The position numbers were made by a program, and so were the translations under genes. DNA of 63,610 bases, the filler included, from Vannella sp. (lineage: Eukaryota), in the NCBI GenBank assembly GCA_023345925.1. It is 8 parts of 8 records of this genome, joined end to end, with 100 filler letters (N's around TTAATTAATTAA, not from the genome) between each part and the next. Parts side by side here need not be neighbours in the genome. Positions count along the whole stretch, not along the records: positions 50,399 to 56,137 come from JAJQQN010000969.1; positions 56,238 to 60,534 come from JAJQQN010000164.1; positions 60,635 to 63,610 come from JAJQQN010000843.1; 5 more parts are not named here. The stretch is one strand, 5' to 3'. This document shows, one piece after another, positions 50,461 to 62,876 of this stretch. The notes under the pieces are model-generated. The model saw only the letters and a program-made list of their open reading frames with translations, made no database searches and was not told where the DNA came from. Numbering within the stretch: the stretch's first letter is position 1; every line of letters starts with the position of its first letter.

Positions 50461-50695
50461 TGCCGTCCGCCTGGAACGAGTGGGAGACGATGGAGCCTTT
50501 TCAGGAGTCAAGTTGGGCCTCTTCCAGAACGATACCACCATCAACGACCACCCCAGACAGCTCCGACCGGATGAGGCGCTCATGGATCTTGAGCACATGA
50601 AGGGCTGGTTCCCCTCCGTGGGCATCAATCTCTGGAATGCGCACCAGCTCAAGCAGCTTAGCAATCCATGTTCATGGTCAATTCCTCCACCCTGA
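50461..50695 (+). CDS. Probable last exon of an unidentified gene (partial)
   Basis: Pyrimidine-rich CAG acceptor at 50460, then an open frame to TGA. Confidence 0.35.
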
Positions 50696-50806
50696 GCTAA
50701 CTCGAACTCCTTCTCCCCTCTCGGACTAAACCCCATCGGATGCCATCAGACAGCGATTTTGGGGCGCTTTTCACTTTCTTTGACGAACTACAAACACTTT
50801 TTATTG

Positions 50807-51992
50807 ATGACGCTGGGGAGACGGTCTCGTTGGGCAAGCCCGGATGTTCGGGTGATGCTGCCTGGTGTCCCTCCATTGATACCCAATGTACTCTCTCCTT
50901 TGGAATCAAAGGCGTTGATGTACCGGGTGCGAATTGAGGAGATCACACAGAAGATGGCCACTGGGTTGTTGGATTACGATATGTCCGACAATCGTTCGCC
51001 TTCTCCCCCTCCCACGTACGATAGTATGGGTAAACGCACGAATACTAAGGACATTCGCATCCGCGAAGCACTCCTTTCCGAACGACAAGCGCTCATCATG
51101 CGCGCCCAACGATTGAACCCCGGCTTCCGTCCCCCCTTAGACTACCGACCCATGGCCATACGAAAGAGCAGAAAGATCCCCATCCCCATCGAGAAGTTCC
51201 CCGAGTACAACTTCATCGGGATCATCATCGGCCCTCGTGGCATCACCCAGAAGCAGATGGAGCGCGACACTGGCGCCAAGATCGCCATTCGAGGCAAGGG
51301 TTCTACAAAGGATGGTAAAGGGCGAATGGGTGGCAAGTCCAACCCTGGTGACGATGATCCCCTTCACGTCCTCATTACAGCAGACACAACGGACGCACTT
51401 ACACAAGCAGAGAAGATGGTACGGCGTCTCCTTATCCCCCTGGAGGAGGGTAAGAATGAGCATAAGCGCCAGCAGCTCGAGACTTTGGCCCGTATCAACG
51501 GTAAGTCTTCTTCTGACTCGATAGGCCACCGCTCACTGTACTGGGCCTGCAGGTACATTGCGTGACAACATGTGGCGTGATGATGACTTTGGAGGAAAGG
51601 ATGACCTTGGAACAGGAGTATCCTGCTCTCTGTGTGGAGAGGGAAGCCATCCCACAAGGGACTGTCCCATGCGTGGACAGCCAGGCATGCACTCCCGCAT
51701 TGATGCAGAAGTGAGCAGCTTCTTGGATGAAGTTTCCGCAGGAAAGGGCAGTCACATGCGCCCTGGATTCAGCCCAGAAGAGTTAGACGTCCCAGAACAT
51801 CGTGACGCTTACGAGGAGCTCTTATGCATCCTCGAGGGCCGCACGTTTGTACCCAAAGAGTCTTTCCGACCCTCAGGGCAATGGGCAGACCAGCGAGATT
51901 CACCCTATGGACCTCCTCCTGGCTCTAACCCGTACGGACCGCCAGGTGGGGTTCAGGCCTCTCCGTATGGTCCACCACCTGGCCGGTATTAA
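50807..51992 (+). CDS. SF1: Splicing factor 1 / branchpoint-bridging protein; intron 51501-51552
   Basis: RRSRW ULM, RSPSPPP.YD..GKRTNT, KH domain NFIGIIIGPRG, QUA2 NEHKRQQL, Zn knuckle CSLCGEGSHPTRDC. Confidence 0.95.
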
Positions 51993-52034
51993 GCTCCCTT
52001 GCTGTTCTGTAGTGGATAAAGAAACACTTCCTTA

Positions 52035-52493
52035 ATGCTCCGCTCTCTGCACACGCCCTCTTCCGGCTTCCCCTTGATCTCCCTCTGTAAGAGGCAGCTC
52101 CTGATGACTCCTGCGTGTCACACGTTGCACCCACGTGATCCCAGGAGGAAGTTGCATCCCAAAGACCCTCGCAGACAGCCCCCTCATAGTCAGACTGATG
52201 ACCCCAACCAAGCGCGGCATATGGAGAAGGAGATGTCAAGCGTAGCCACCAAGGTGATCGAGAAGTAAGTTCTTCTCGTGATCAATGATCCCTTGCTCCT
52301 CGATGGCCCTCTTACAAGCCACAGGTACGGGGAAAACCCCAACGAGGTGATTGGTGAGGAGAAGGTCAAGATGGAGAAGGAACTCAACGACCAACTGTTC
52401 AACGCGAGAAGAACTTTCATTGAAGACTACCAAAAGCTCCCTCGGGGCAAGGACATCAAAGTCGTCGATCGGCACGTTGGCGACAGCGATTAG
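52035..52493 (+). CDS. Small hypothetical, probably mitochondrial protein; intron 52265-52324
   Basis: Presequence-like MLRSLHT...; a GTAAGT..CAG intron joins two ORFs in frame. Confidence 0.55.
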
Positions 52494-53037
52494 CTGGTTG
52501 ATCTTGAAGAGGGAGGAGATCTCCTTCTTTGCACATCAAACATCTCGTATGATTGCATCAATGGGCCGTCAGTCTGTCAAAACATATCGACGACTAAATG
52601 CCACCCAAGACTCAACTCTCCCTCGCCTCCTTTGAGGACTTCCATTCAGAGCACTTCTGAAGGAGTCTTGCACCTTTGATATACGAAAGGAAACACGCCC
52701 TCCTTCATTGATGGAGACGGGCACTGGGGAAGCCCTAAATTCTAGTCTGCAGTGATCCTTTGTGTCAGCCCCCTGCCAGCTCCCCATCTTCGTAGTAAGC
52801 AGTAGTTTGGTGATTGCTTTGAACGTTAGTGAGCCACGAGGTGAGACAGCGCGATGACGGCAAGAAAGTGGATTTGTTTACAACTCATGGAACCCACAAA
52901 GAAATCAAATCACCCAGATGTAATAGAATTGCAAGCCAATTAATAATGCATGCCTTGGAGACGGTGACATTTTGTGAAGACTCGGAACACGTAATTATGA
53001 CGAGTTCAAGACTGCAGTCTTTGCCCGCGAGTTCGAC

Positions 53038-56000
53038 ATGCAAGCAAGCCGCTTCCTCGGTCGGGCGGTTACAGCACATCGCTTTGCTCCAGCTGCTTTC
53101 ACTGCATTTGCCCAGGTAAGTCTATGCTGGATGTAAAGAATGTTTCGCTGACAATGAGGGTAAGACTCCTTTGCGTGTTCCCATTCCATTTGTGCAAGTG
53201 CAGAGGAACAAGGGTGGCTTCCCTGCGGATGTTCACTCCCCTTTAGACACCTTCACCCGCCGCCATGTTGGCCCTTCTGATTCTGATAGTTTGGCGATGT
53301 TGGAGAAGCTAGGCCTCAAGAGCCTCAAGGACCTCACCAAGAAAGCATTACCTAACGCTATTCAATTGGACCGAGAGTTTGTCCTCCCTGGAAGCCAGGA
53401 GGTCAAGGGAGAGTACGAAGTCCTCAACGACCTCCGCACCATTTTGGACAAGAACCAAATCCTACGCTCTTACATTGGTATGGGCTACTACAACACCAAG
53501 GTACCTGGTGTCATTCTGCGTAACGTCCTTGAGAATCCTCTGTGGTACACTCCCTACACTCCTTACCAGCCAGAGATCTCCCAAGGCCGCTTAGAGAGTC
53601 TCCTGAACTTCCAAACCATGATCTGCGACCTCTCAGGTATGAAGTTTTCCAATGCTTCCCTTCTGGATGAGGCCACAGCTTGCGCTGAGGCTATGACCTT
53701 CTGCATCAAGCACGCCAAGAACAAGAGCTCCAAGTTCTTCATCTCTTCTGACTGCTTCGTTCAGAACATCGAAGTAGTACGCGCTCGTGCTCTCCCTCAA
53801 GACATTGAGGTCATCGTTGGAAACCCATTCGAGTACGACTTCAAAGCGTCCCCTGTTGCTGGTGTCATGCTCCAGTACCCTTCCATCAGTGGTGAGATCA
53901 ACGACTATAAGAACCTCTGCCAAACCCTCACAGAGAACAAGATCTTCTCGGTATTCGCTGCTGACCTGCTGGCTCTGACCGTCTTGACTCCTCCCGGCGA
54001 GTTTGGCGCTGACATTGTTGTCGGCTCTTCTCAACGCTTCGGTGTGCCCTTGGGTTACGGTGGCCCACACGCTGGCTACTTTGCCGTGGCAGACACCAAG
54101 TACTCTCGCAAGATCCCTGGCCGTGTGGTCGGTGTTTCAGTCGATGCACGAGGCAAATCCGCGTACCGACTTTGTCTTCAGACTCGTGAGCAACACATCA
54201 AGCGAGACAAGGCTACAAGCAACATTTGCACTGCTCAAGCGCTCCCTGCCAACCTCAGCGCGATGTACGCTGTGTACCATGGCCCTGCTGGCCTCAAGAA
54301 GATCGCTCAGCGTGTTCACATGCTCACTTGCACTCTGGCTGAAGGGCTCAAGCGAATGGGTCACTCCATCAAGCACGATCTCTTCTTCGACACCTTGGCC
54401 ATCCACCACGCCAGCGCGGACAGCCAGACCGTCCTCGCTCGTGCTGTGAAACACGAGATGAACTTCCGCTCTCTCGACGCCAACACTGTCTGCATCTCTT
54501 TGGATGAAACCACTAGCTTGAGTGACGTTTCTAACATTCTCCGTGTCTTCAACAGTGGTGACAGTGTCCCTGCCTGGGTAGAGGACCCCACCGAGATCAG
54601 CCAGGGCGTGAGTAACCGTATTGAGGCCAACCCCACTTTCGCTCGTACAAGCGAGTTCATGACCAACGGTGTCTTCAACCGATACCACACGGAGCACACT
54701 ATGTTGCGCTACATCTACCGATTGTCCAACAAGGACTTGTCGCTCTGTACTTCGATGATTCCTTTGGGCTCTTGCACGATGAAGCTCAATGCCACATCAG
54801 AGATGATTCCCATTACCTGGGCTTCAGCAGGAAACCTCCATCCTTTCGCTCCCTTGGATCAAGTCAAGGGCTACCACGAGGTCCTCGATGATCTCAACCA
54901 AATGCTTTGCGCTGCCACTGGATTCGATGCTGTCAGCCTCCAGCCTAACTCTGGTGCAGCTGGAGAGTACACTGGGCTCATGGTGATCAAGAAGTACTTG
55001 GAAAGCATCGGTCAAGGCAACCGAAAGATCGTCCTTATCCCTTCTTCTGCTCACGGCACCAATCCGGCGTCTGCCAAGATGGCTGGGCTTGAAATTGTTG
55101 TCATCCCTTGTACCACAGAGGGCTACATTGACTTGGAGGTTTTCAAGGCCAAAGCAAAGGAGCATTCCTCTAACCTTGCTGCGCTCATGATCACTTATCC
55201 CTCCACTTACGGTGTGTTCGAGGAGAACATCCGCGAAGTGTGCGCCACTATTCACGAGAACGGTGGCCAGGTTTACTTGGATGGTGCAAACATGAATGCC
55301 CTCGTTGGATTGGCCTCTCTTAAGGATGTCGGAGCGGACGTTTGCCACTTGAACCTTCACAAGACCTTCTGCATTCCTCATGGAGGAGGCGGCCCTGGAA
55401 TGGGACCTATCGGAGTGAACGCTCACTTGGCTCCCTTCTTACCAAGCCATCCTGTCATCCCCTCCAACTTGAACCCCAACGCAATGGGCCCTGTGGCCGG
55501 TGCACCATGGGGAAGCAGTGCTATTCTGCTGATCAGTTGGATGTACATGCGCATGATGGGCGGAAACGGCTTGGTCAAGGCCACATCCACTGCCATTCTT
55601 AATGCCAACTACATGAAGGAGCGCCTCCAGGATCACTTCCCTGTCCGCTACACCTCCAACAATGGAATGGTTGCCCACGAGTTCATCATCGACCCTCGTA
55701 CCTTCAAGCAGACCGCTGGAATTGAGGTCAACGACATCGCTAAGCGACTTATGGACTACGGATTCCACTCTCCCACTATGTCATGGCCAGTCATTGGGAC
55801 CCTCATGATTGAGCCCACTGAGAGCGAGAGCAAGGACGAGCTGGATCGCTTCTGTGATGCCATGATTGCCATCCGCGAAGAAATCCGCCAGATTGAGACG
55901 GGCGCCCAGCCCAAGGAGAACAACGTTCTCAAGAATGCCCCTCATGTTGCAGAGCTCATCACTGGAACGGAGTGGAACAAACCCTACACGCGTGAAGTTG

Positions 56001-56122
56001 CTGCCTACCCACTGCCGTATCTCTACGAGAACAAGTTCTGGCCTGCGGTTAGCCGCGTAGACAACGAATTCGGGGACAGCAACCTTGTTTGCAGCTGCCC
56101 TCCTCTCGACACCTATTTGTAA
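53038..56122 (+). CDS. GLDC: Glycine dehydrogenase (glycine cleavage P protein); intron 53116-53203
   Basis: Presequence MQASRFLGR; YTPYQPEISQGRLE, QTREQHIKRDKATSNICTAQAL, HLNLHKTFCIPHGGGGPG. Confidence 0.97.
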
Positions 56123-56917
56123 ACTGCATGCGAAACTNNNNNNNNNNNNNNNNNNNNNNNNNNNNNNNNNNNNNNNNNNNNTTAATTAATTAANNNNNNN
56201 NNNNNNNNNNNNNNNNNNNNNNNNNNNNNNNNNNNNNGGTGGGGCGAAGCCGCACCCCATCCCCTCGAAGAGGGGGGCTGATAACTAGACAAAATCAGCA
56301 GGCGGCGTAATGGAGGGCTCGCAGTACGTGCGCACTCCTAATCGAGGAACCTCACTAAGCGCAGTCACGCAGGTGAATGTAAGGACTAGAGAAGAAGCAC
56401 AACGGAGTCTGACCAATCCTAAGGGACTGGGAGGAGAATGACGCCCAAGTGGTGAAGCAATCAAGTGTTCACTGAAAGGGCTGGGTGTAGTGGGTAAGGT
56501 ATCTCTCCGCCTCCATCCATCACTCATTTTATGATATAGCTCCTCTAGACCTCCATCTCTTCAGGATAAGCTTTTGGCCTGATTTCATTTTTTCACTTTT
56601 GGGTGCTCGGAGGACCCGGAAGAGGTGAAATGCCCTCGCCGCTCGTGACTTTTCTCTTGGAGGCAAAGAACTCAAACATCACCCCAAACTTACCAAACCA
56701 AAGAATAGGATTCGGGTTTACGAAGATTTCGGACGCAAACTCCTTCGGCCTTCCCATTCCCTCCCTCACCCAAAAACAGCGGTCTCACGCTTCTCCGCTT
56801 CCTTTACAGAGTACCCTGCCTCAACAAAGGAATTGAATTAGATGAAGCACAGCAAAGCAAGCGCTCTTTTCTTCCTCTTCTCATAATCTTGAAGCACAAG
56901 GGAATACAATGTGAACT

Positions 56918-59900
56918 CTATTCAGATTCTTTCTTGTTTTCAAAGAAGCGGGGAGCCAATTTGCCCAAAACAGCAGAGCTGCGCCGTTTCAGACGGCTTT
57001 TCTTTCTTGGAGAGGTCGCGTCAAGCCCCACCTCGGAAGTACTTCGTTGGAAGCTGATAAGGTCGATCGGGTCAGGAGCATACGGCTTTCCAGAACGCAT
57101 AAATGCGCGGGTCCGCTTCCCAAAGAGTGGGTTCTTGCAAGTGCCTTCTTCTCCATCTATGTCATCTTCGTCATCAGAAGCCTCTCGTGTTGATACAGTC
57201 CCTGCCCGGTTACGGAGCGGCTCATGCTTCAATGACATATCATAGAGCTGCTCTTCTGTAAGTGGTCGCATCTAAATTCAAGTTAGATTCAAGTCCCATG
57301 ACCAGTGTAGCTTACTTGGCGCAGCCACTCTGTAATCTCTGGTTCAACCGGCAAGTCATATTTTGTCGAAGCAGGGTTGTGCAACTGGAGAGTGTCGATG
57401 GAATCCGCCACCATTGTCATCCGAGAGAAACAGACAGCTTCTTCTCCGTCTCTCAAAAAGCGGGGATTGCCCTCTTCAATCAAAGTGAGGGTTCGCAATG
57501 GGACCGCAAATAAGTGGAGACACGGCGGCTCAAATGAGAGTTTCCGGTAATTCGCATATCCAGACAAAGGATCAAAGCAGTCGCTTAGAGTCTCTAGAAG
57601 AGCAATCGACTTGGGATCCATATTCTAACACCAGATTATTCAGTGTTTGCTCGAGGACTGTTCTCTAAGCCTCCTACCTTTTGGAGCTTCTTGAGTCGCC
57701 GGATAGCCACATTACTCAATCCGCTGAGTATCTGAACGCAGGAATTGTAATTGCGCAACTGCAAGAGATGATCAGCAACTTTGAGGAACCTTGAAACCAC
57801 CTTTGCTTGAGCTTTGGGTGTATCTTCGCGGGCAATCTGTGTGGCAACCCAAAGTCCAACACGATTAAAGTTCTCTGTCATTGCATTGACATTCATAGCC
57901 TTCTCAGGAGTTTTCTCCCAACTCATGTCAAGTAATTCACTAAAGTGCACCCGAGAATGGAATTGGGCCTCAATGAGAGTCATCTGCTGAGCGAGGATAT
58001 CGCTTTTGACGTCTAAAACTCTGTACAACAATTAGTAGCTTAACGAGTGATGTAGGCATGGTTCATACGATTTGATTGCCGAGTCCTCTTGCCAAATAGA
58101 TTGCAATGCTGAAGTATTCATCTGCATTGGAAGTAACGTGGTTGTGCTGGACGACTGCTGCATGATGCCTTTCAACACCATAACGTTTTCCCGTCGCAGA
58201 TAGGGTCGACAAAAGTCATGCAAAGCATCCCTAGCCATAGCAGCATCTCCTTCTGGGGCGGTCGGGTCTGGTCGATTTAAGAACTTGAACCACTGTTCTA
58301 ACAAACAGAAGAGCTTTTGCTTCAGAATATCTGCCTCTGTGGACTCTGTACCTCCTGTACCACGAGATTGGAAGAAGTTTCGGGACTTCGTTAAGAGCAT
58401 CTTCGAAGAAGAAGACCGGTCTTTCTCTCGAAGGATGTTTTTGACGTTCTCCATAATCAAAGTGAGCACTGCTAAGATCTGTCTCCATGGATAGGAGATA
58501 AGCAGTGCAAAGAAATCGATGTTCTCTGATCCAGGGCGCTTAGAGGTGATAAGACACCAAAGAACCAAGTCGATGAAGGTTCCTCCCAGTAATCGCCAAC
58601 CTTGGCGAACTGTATCTCCTTCAGAGTTGTCGTAGTATTCATCCAACTGCACGTTACTCGAGAACAATCCAAAAGAGTCCACATTAATCGACTCTGTGTC
58701 CCAAAAGACGGGAAGATAACTTCGCTTCAATGATGCCCTCATCTCTCCGTTACGAGGTGCTACAGATGATTCTTCCACGTGAGAGCCGCCAGCAAGCTTT
58801 TTAAGGTCCTTGACGCTATCTGTGATGATGCTGAGGGACAAGGAAGGCGCTGAGCGGACAATTTTCTTCACCTCCTGTTGAGTGACATTCTGCAAGGTAG
58901 CAATCCAGCTATTGGCCACTTCTGAAGATGAAAAGCGGAAGTAATGTGTGTTTGCCATGCGGTTAACGTAGCCAATGGAGAGCTCCAAAGGGCTGAGGCA
59001 GAAAACTTTCACGTCCTCCAAAGGAATGCACCCCAGAAGATGCTCTGTACCCGTCTCCTTTGGACCACAGAAGAACGTCAGTGCGTAGCGTGGTGGACCA
59101 GTCGGGAGAGGCTGTTTTGTGAACTTCTGGCTCGCTCTCCAGTTGTCATCGTCGGAGAATCGAATCTCACTTGACGGTTCGATGTTTTGAGCGTTCTGAG
59201 GGTAGTATTGGAGCTTTGAGAAGTCTACTACACGTGCCACACTCTCTTCTAACCCATTTCCCTTGTCCTGGATGCGCCAGACTTTCTTCTCTTTTGGTGG
59301 GGGGGCGAACATCCAACTAATCTCCTCCGCTGTCTCTTTGGAGAGCTCTTCAATGGCCTGTAACTTGAACCAGAAGCGTGTGTACTTGTTCTTGTCCACA
59401 GGTAGGTTCTGCTGCTTCATCGGAGGGAGTGCCATCATCTGGCGGAACTCGCCGCTCATGTTTGACGAGGGACGGAGGAAGATGAAGCCTTCTGTCGTCC
59501 CTGCGCGGATCTCATGATGTATATGAGCAAGCTTCTCATCTCTCTGCTTCATCATCCGCTCCAGGAACTCAATAGCGCTGTCAGAGTCGACGTGCTTCAC
59601 ATGAGAAGAAGCAATCATGGGCCCGATTGAGATTCGAGGGCTAGAGGCGAGCTCCTCCGCTTTCTCACGCTTCTCATGAGAGCTAGAAGATTCCTTCTTG
59701 TTAGCAGCCTCACGGAAGGTCTGGAAACGGTCGGAGACGTCTTTGAAGGAAAGTACGCGGGAGAGCGACCTCCGCCCTGATCGGCCCTTCTTACGGGGTG
59801 AGATTGGAAGTGGGGCCTCGTCTTTTGTTTCTGTATCCTTCTGGGACTCGCTCTTCTCCCCCCGGGGCGTCTTCTCCGAGCGGGGCGTCTTCTCAGCACG

Positions 59901-60050
59901 CGGTGTCTTCTTCTTCTTCTCTCGTGGGGAGACGGCCACCGTTGGCATCGAATGAGACACAGGGAAGTCTAAAAGCTCCTTCCTAGATGACTTGGTCCGC
60001 GGCTTCTTCCCTCCTGTGAACTCAGAAGAGCTTTCCGTCGGAACCGACAT
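56918..60050 (-). CDS. RasGEF (CDC25 domain) with PH-like region and SP/TP-rich N-terminus (three introns)
   Basis: LAQQMTLIE, FNRVGLWVATQI, LRNYNSCVQILSGL, NYRK...PPCL, LTLIEEGNP. Confidence 0.88.
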
Positions 60051-60178
60051 CTCGGCCACCCGTCAGCCACAACGGCCAAACAATGACTCTTCCCTTGGCA
60101 CTTGATCAAATACTACAAATCTTTTTCTATGTTCAACGGTGATGGTCCGGCAGGTTCCCCATGGAGAGTTCAGCTCAC

Positions 60179-60197
60179 TAAACCCTAAACCCTAGGG
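60179..60197 (+). promoter_or_regulatory. Telo-box-like motif TAAACCCTAAACCCTAGGG
   Basis: About 130 nt upstream of the RasGEF ATG; identical to 12448-12466. Confidence 0.5.
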
Positions 60198-60694
60198 CTC
60201 GCTTGAAGGAACGGAGAGGACTAAGGCTGAAAGTCCATCTGGTGGAAATAATTTCCCCTTTCGCAAGCCTTCGCGTGAGTGCGTGAAAAGGAGACGAGGT
60301 ACCAGTCAAGGGGTGAGAGAATTCACGGATCCACGCTGGCCTCTGTTGAAAAGTGCTTCTAAATTCAACTGGGACCGATGCGAAAGATGATTTTATATGT
60401 TCTTAAGAGGGCAGCTTTTCCATCATTTGGAGGGAACTTAATCAGGAAGATGATCAAATGAGCCCAAAAAGTGCCTCGATCAAAACACATAAAAATTTCA
60501 TTGGTAAAGGTCCCGATCGAATTTAGAGATACTTNNNNNNNNNNNNNNNNNNNNNNNNNNNNNNNNNNNNNNNNNNNNTTAATTAATTAANNNNNNNNNN
60601 NNNNNNNNNNNNNNNNNNNNNNNNNNNNNNNNNNACTGCTAGTAGTATGAGATTTGGCTTGCCCATGATGCCTTGTAAATATAGCTTATATGAA

Positions 60695-62860
60695 TCACTG
60701 GAATAACTTGAGTGGATGTGCTTCAGCGTCACTCTTGGAACCGGGGAGCCATCGCAGTGCAGGCACCAATGCAGTTGGGATGAACCCCAGTTTCTGTCCC
60801 ACATGAATTGCTGGAATATTGTCGGATTCACAGGACCACTCGGGCCTTATTCCTTTGGCCAAGCAAGATCGAGCAAAGGAGAATGCACAGACTTTTGCAA
60901 AGCCTTTCCGACGACAATCTTCCCGTGTAAAGACATCTGCGCTGACTGAATTAGGGCAAGTCAATGAAGAAAGGCATGCGCTGAGTATTTGATACGATTC
61001 CAAAGGGCTGTCGCGAGAGGAAAAGCTTTCAATCATACAGAATCCAAACCCCCCTGCCGCTCGGAACTGGCAAGCATCACTAAACACAAACCGAAGCCAC
61101 GGATGAATCTCTGCTATGAACGACTCGAAAAGCTCGTCGTTCATCTCCATTAGTAAGAGAAACGCTCCTCTTCTCTTTAGTGCCTTTCCGACGTACAAGA
61201 AAGTTCCTTCTTTCTCCTGCACGCCAAAAGAGACTGGCGAAACACCGGACAGCTTTTCTTGATCCAAATAAAAAGACACAAAGTGAGAGAGCCCGAAAGT
61301 CCCTGGATGGTCATGAACGCGCCATTCTTCTTGATCCGAATCACTCTCATTTTCATCATCACCAGCACCAGACCCCTTTTTCTGAGGTTTTGGAGACTTT
61401 TTCTTAGCTTTCCGGCGATTCTCTTGCGTCTTTGCAGTTGATGCATTTTGATGCCTTTTCAACAGTGCGCAAACCTGTCTTGGTAGGGTAGGAAGGTACT
61501 CTGCTCGTGACATAGTGCGTAGAGATGACTTGGGATCCAAAGGATGAGAATACGAGCTTAAAAGGAGATGGAAAAGGAGTTTCGCCTCCTCTTGGCTCTG
61601 CATTTTCAGGATACGGTCTCCTTCATCCAATAAGAACTGTAGAAATCTGTCACCCCAATGGTCTTCAAGGATATTACCAAGTAAAGAACCGTGCCCGGCG
61701 TGAGTCCAAGTCAATAGTGCCCGGAAAACAAAAACGGGTGACTTTGAGGAAGGATCCTCCGTTGCCTGTATACCATTGGCAACAATCTCACCGCACTGTG
61801 GATGTACAAGAACCCCTAAGGTGAGAGTGCGGTTAGAAAAGAGCTCCTGGACTTGCTGGCAGTTTCGTAACGCGTGGAGCAAGTCTGGACTGGTGATTTG
61901 GTCCCATGGGAGGGCTAATTGTATCTTAACACTTCCAGAGCTTGTCAGAGCTCTACTGGGTGACAGAAGAGACTCTGCCAGGGATGGAAGAAGTCTTTCT
62001 GCTTTACAGTGGATGTTGACCATCCCGTTCACTGTGTCCCGGAGGTTGATGTTGTACAATTTAGCTCCACTACGGTATCCCAGCTGTTCAGCTGTACGAG
62101 TGATGGTCACCGCGTGGGACGTCCCCACAAAGAGGAGGAGCCGGCACTTCTTTAGCCAAGCCTCCGCCTTCTTGATAGAGAAGAAGTCATGTGCTTCGTA
62201 CTTTTCGTCAAACATGAGTGTCAGTGGCATCAAAGGAGCACTGCACTCCTCACAAGAAGGGCAGCGGCTCCATGTCCATTGCACGCGCCGAGTGCTGTAC
62301 AGCCCCTGCTTGTGACGGGAAGGGTTTGGCGGAGCACACAAGTCTTCTATCTGTTCTAGAGATAGCCGAACTGGTCGAGAACGAGCTATAGGGCACTCAG
62401 GACTGCTGCAGCGGTACAATCCCAGTTGCCCATGCACGTGAACCATCTGCTCCACCGGCGAACCAGCGTCCTCATGGAGTGTGTCCATGTTCTGTGTGAT
62501 AACAAGAAGATTGCTGAAGCGTTGCTGGAGCTGGCTAACCGCTACGTGCGCTCCATTTGGTTTGGCTTGCCGTACCCGCAAAGTGGTGAACTTGTTAAGC
62601 CAGAAGGTGTTGTACCACAGTAGAGGGTCCTCCAGAAACTTGGCTCGTGTACCCCATTGCTCCACAGAGGACTCCCATATTGCATTCTTTGCCCCTCGAT
62701 AGGGCGGGATCCCGCTTGGTACAGATAGACCAGCTCCAGTCACCAGGACCACGCTTTCTCCAGCCTCCAAGTGCTGCTGAAGTTCTTCCAACAACTGCTG
62801 CTCCAATCCTGGTCCTTCTCCCTGCTCTCGTCGTCTCCTCTTCACCCCGACCCTGGACAT
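60695..62860 (-). CDS. Sirtuin (Sir2) NAD-dependent deacylase fused to a C-terminal GNAT acetyltransferase; 721 aa, no introns needed
   Basis: Sir2 motifs TGAGLS.PSGIP.YRG, TQNMD.LH, HG, four Zn Cys, GTS, NIN. GNAT motifs T.EDCRRKGFAK and PEWSCESDNIPAIHVGQKLGF. Confidence 0.88.
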   Translation of the reverse strand: MSRVGVKRRRREQGEGPGLEQQLLEELQQHLEAGESVVLVTGAGLSVPSGIPPYRGAKNAIWESSVEQWGTRAKFLEDPLLWYNTFWLNKFTTLRVRQAKPNGAHVAVSQLQQRFSNLLVITQNMDTLHEDAGSPVEQMVHVHGQLGLYRCSSPECPIARSRPVRLSLEQIEDLCAPPNPSRHKQGLYSTRRVQWTWSRCPSCEECSAPLMPLTLMFDEKYEAHDFFSIKKAEAWLKKCRLLLFVGTSHAVTITRTAEQLGYRSGAKLYNINLRDTVNGMVNIHCKAERLLPSLAESLLSPSRALTSSGSVKIQLALPWDQITSPDLLHALRNCQQVQELFSNRTLTLGVLVHPQCGEIVANGIQATEDPSSKSPVFVFRALLTWTHAGHGSLLGNILEDHWGDRFLQFLLDEGDRILKMQSQEEAKLLFHLLLSSYSHPLDPKSSLRTMSRAEYLPTLPRQVCALLKRHQNASTAKTQENRRKAKKKSPKPQKKGSGAGDDENESDSDQEEWRVHDHPGTFGLSHFVSFYLDQEKLSGVSPVSFGVQEKEGTFLYVGKALKRRGAFLLLMEMNDELFESFIAEIHPWLRFVFSDACQFRAAGGFGFCMIESFSSRDSPLESYQILSACLSSLTCPNSVSADVFTREDCRRKGFAKVCAFSFARSCLAKGIRPEWSCESDNIPAIHVGQKLGFIPTALVPALRWLPGSKSDAEAHPLKLFQ

Positions 62861-62876
62861 CTCAAATAGGACCACC

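Noticed and set aside
61666..61674. ATATCCTTG on the coding strand of the sirtuin-GNAT gene
   Set aside because: No U12 branch site follows, and the ORF is continuous without splicing.
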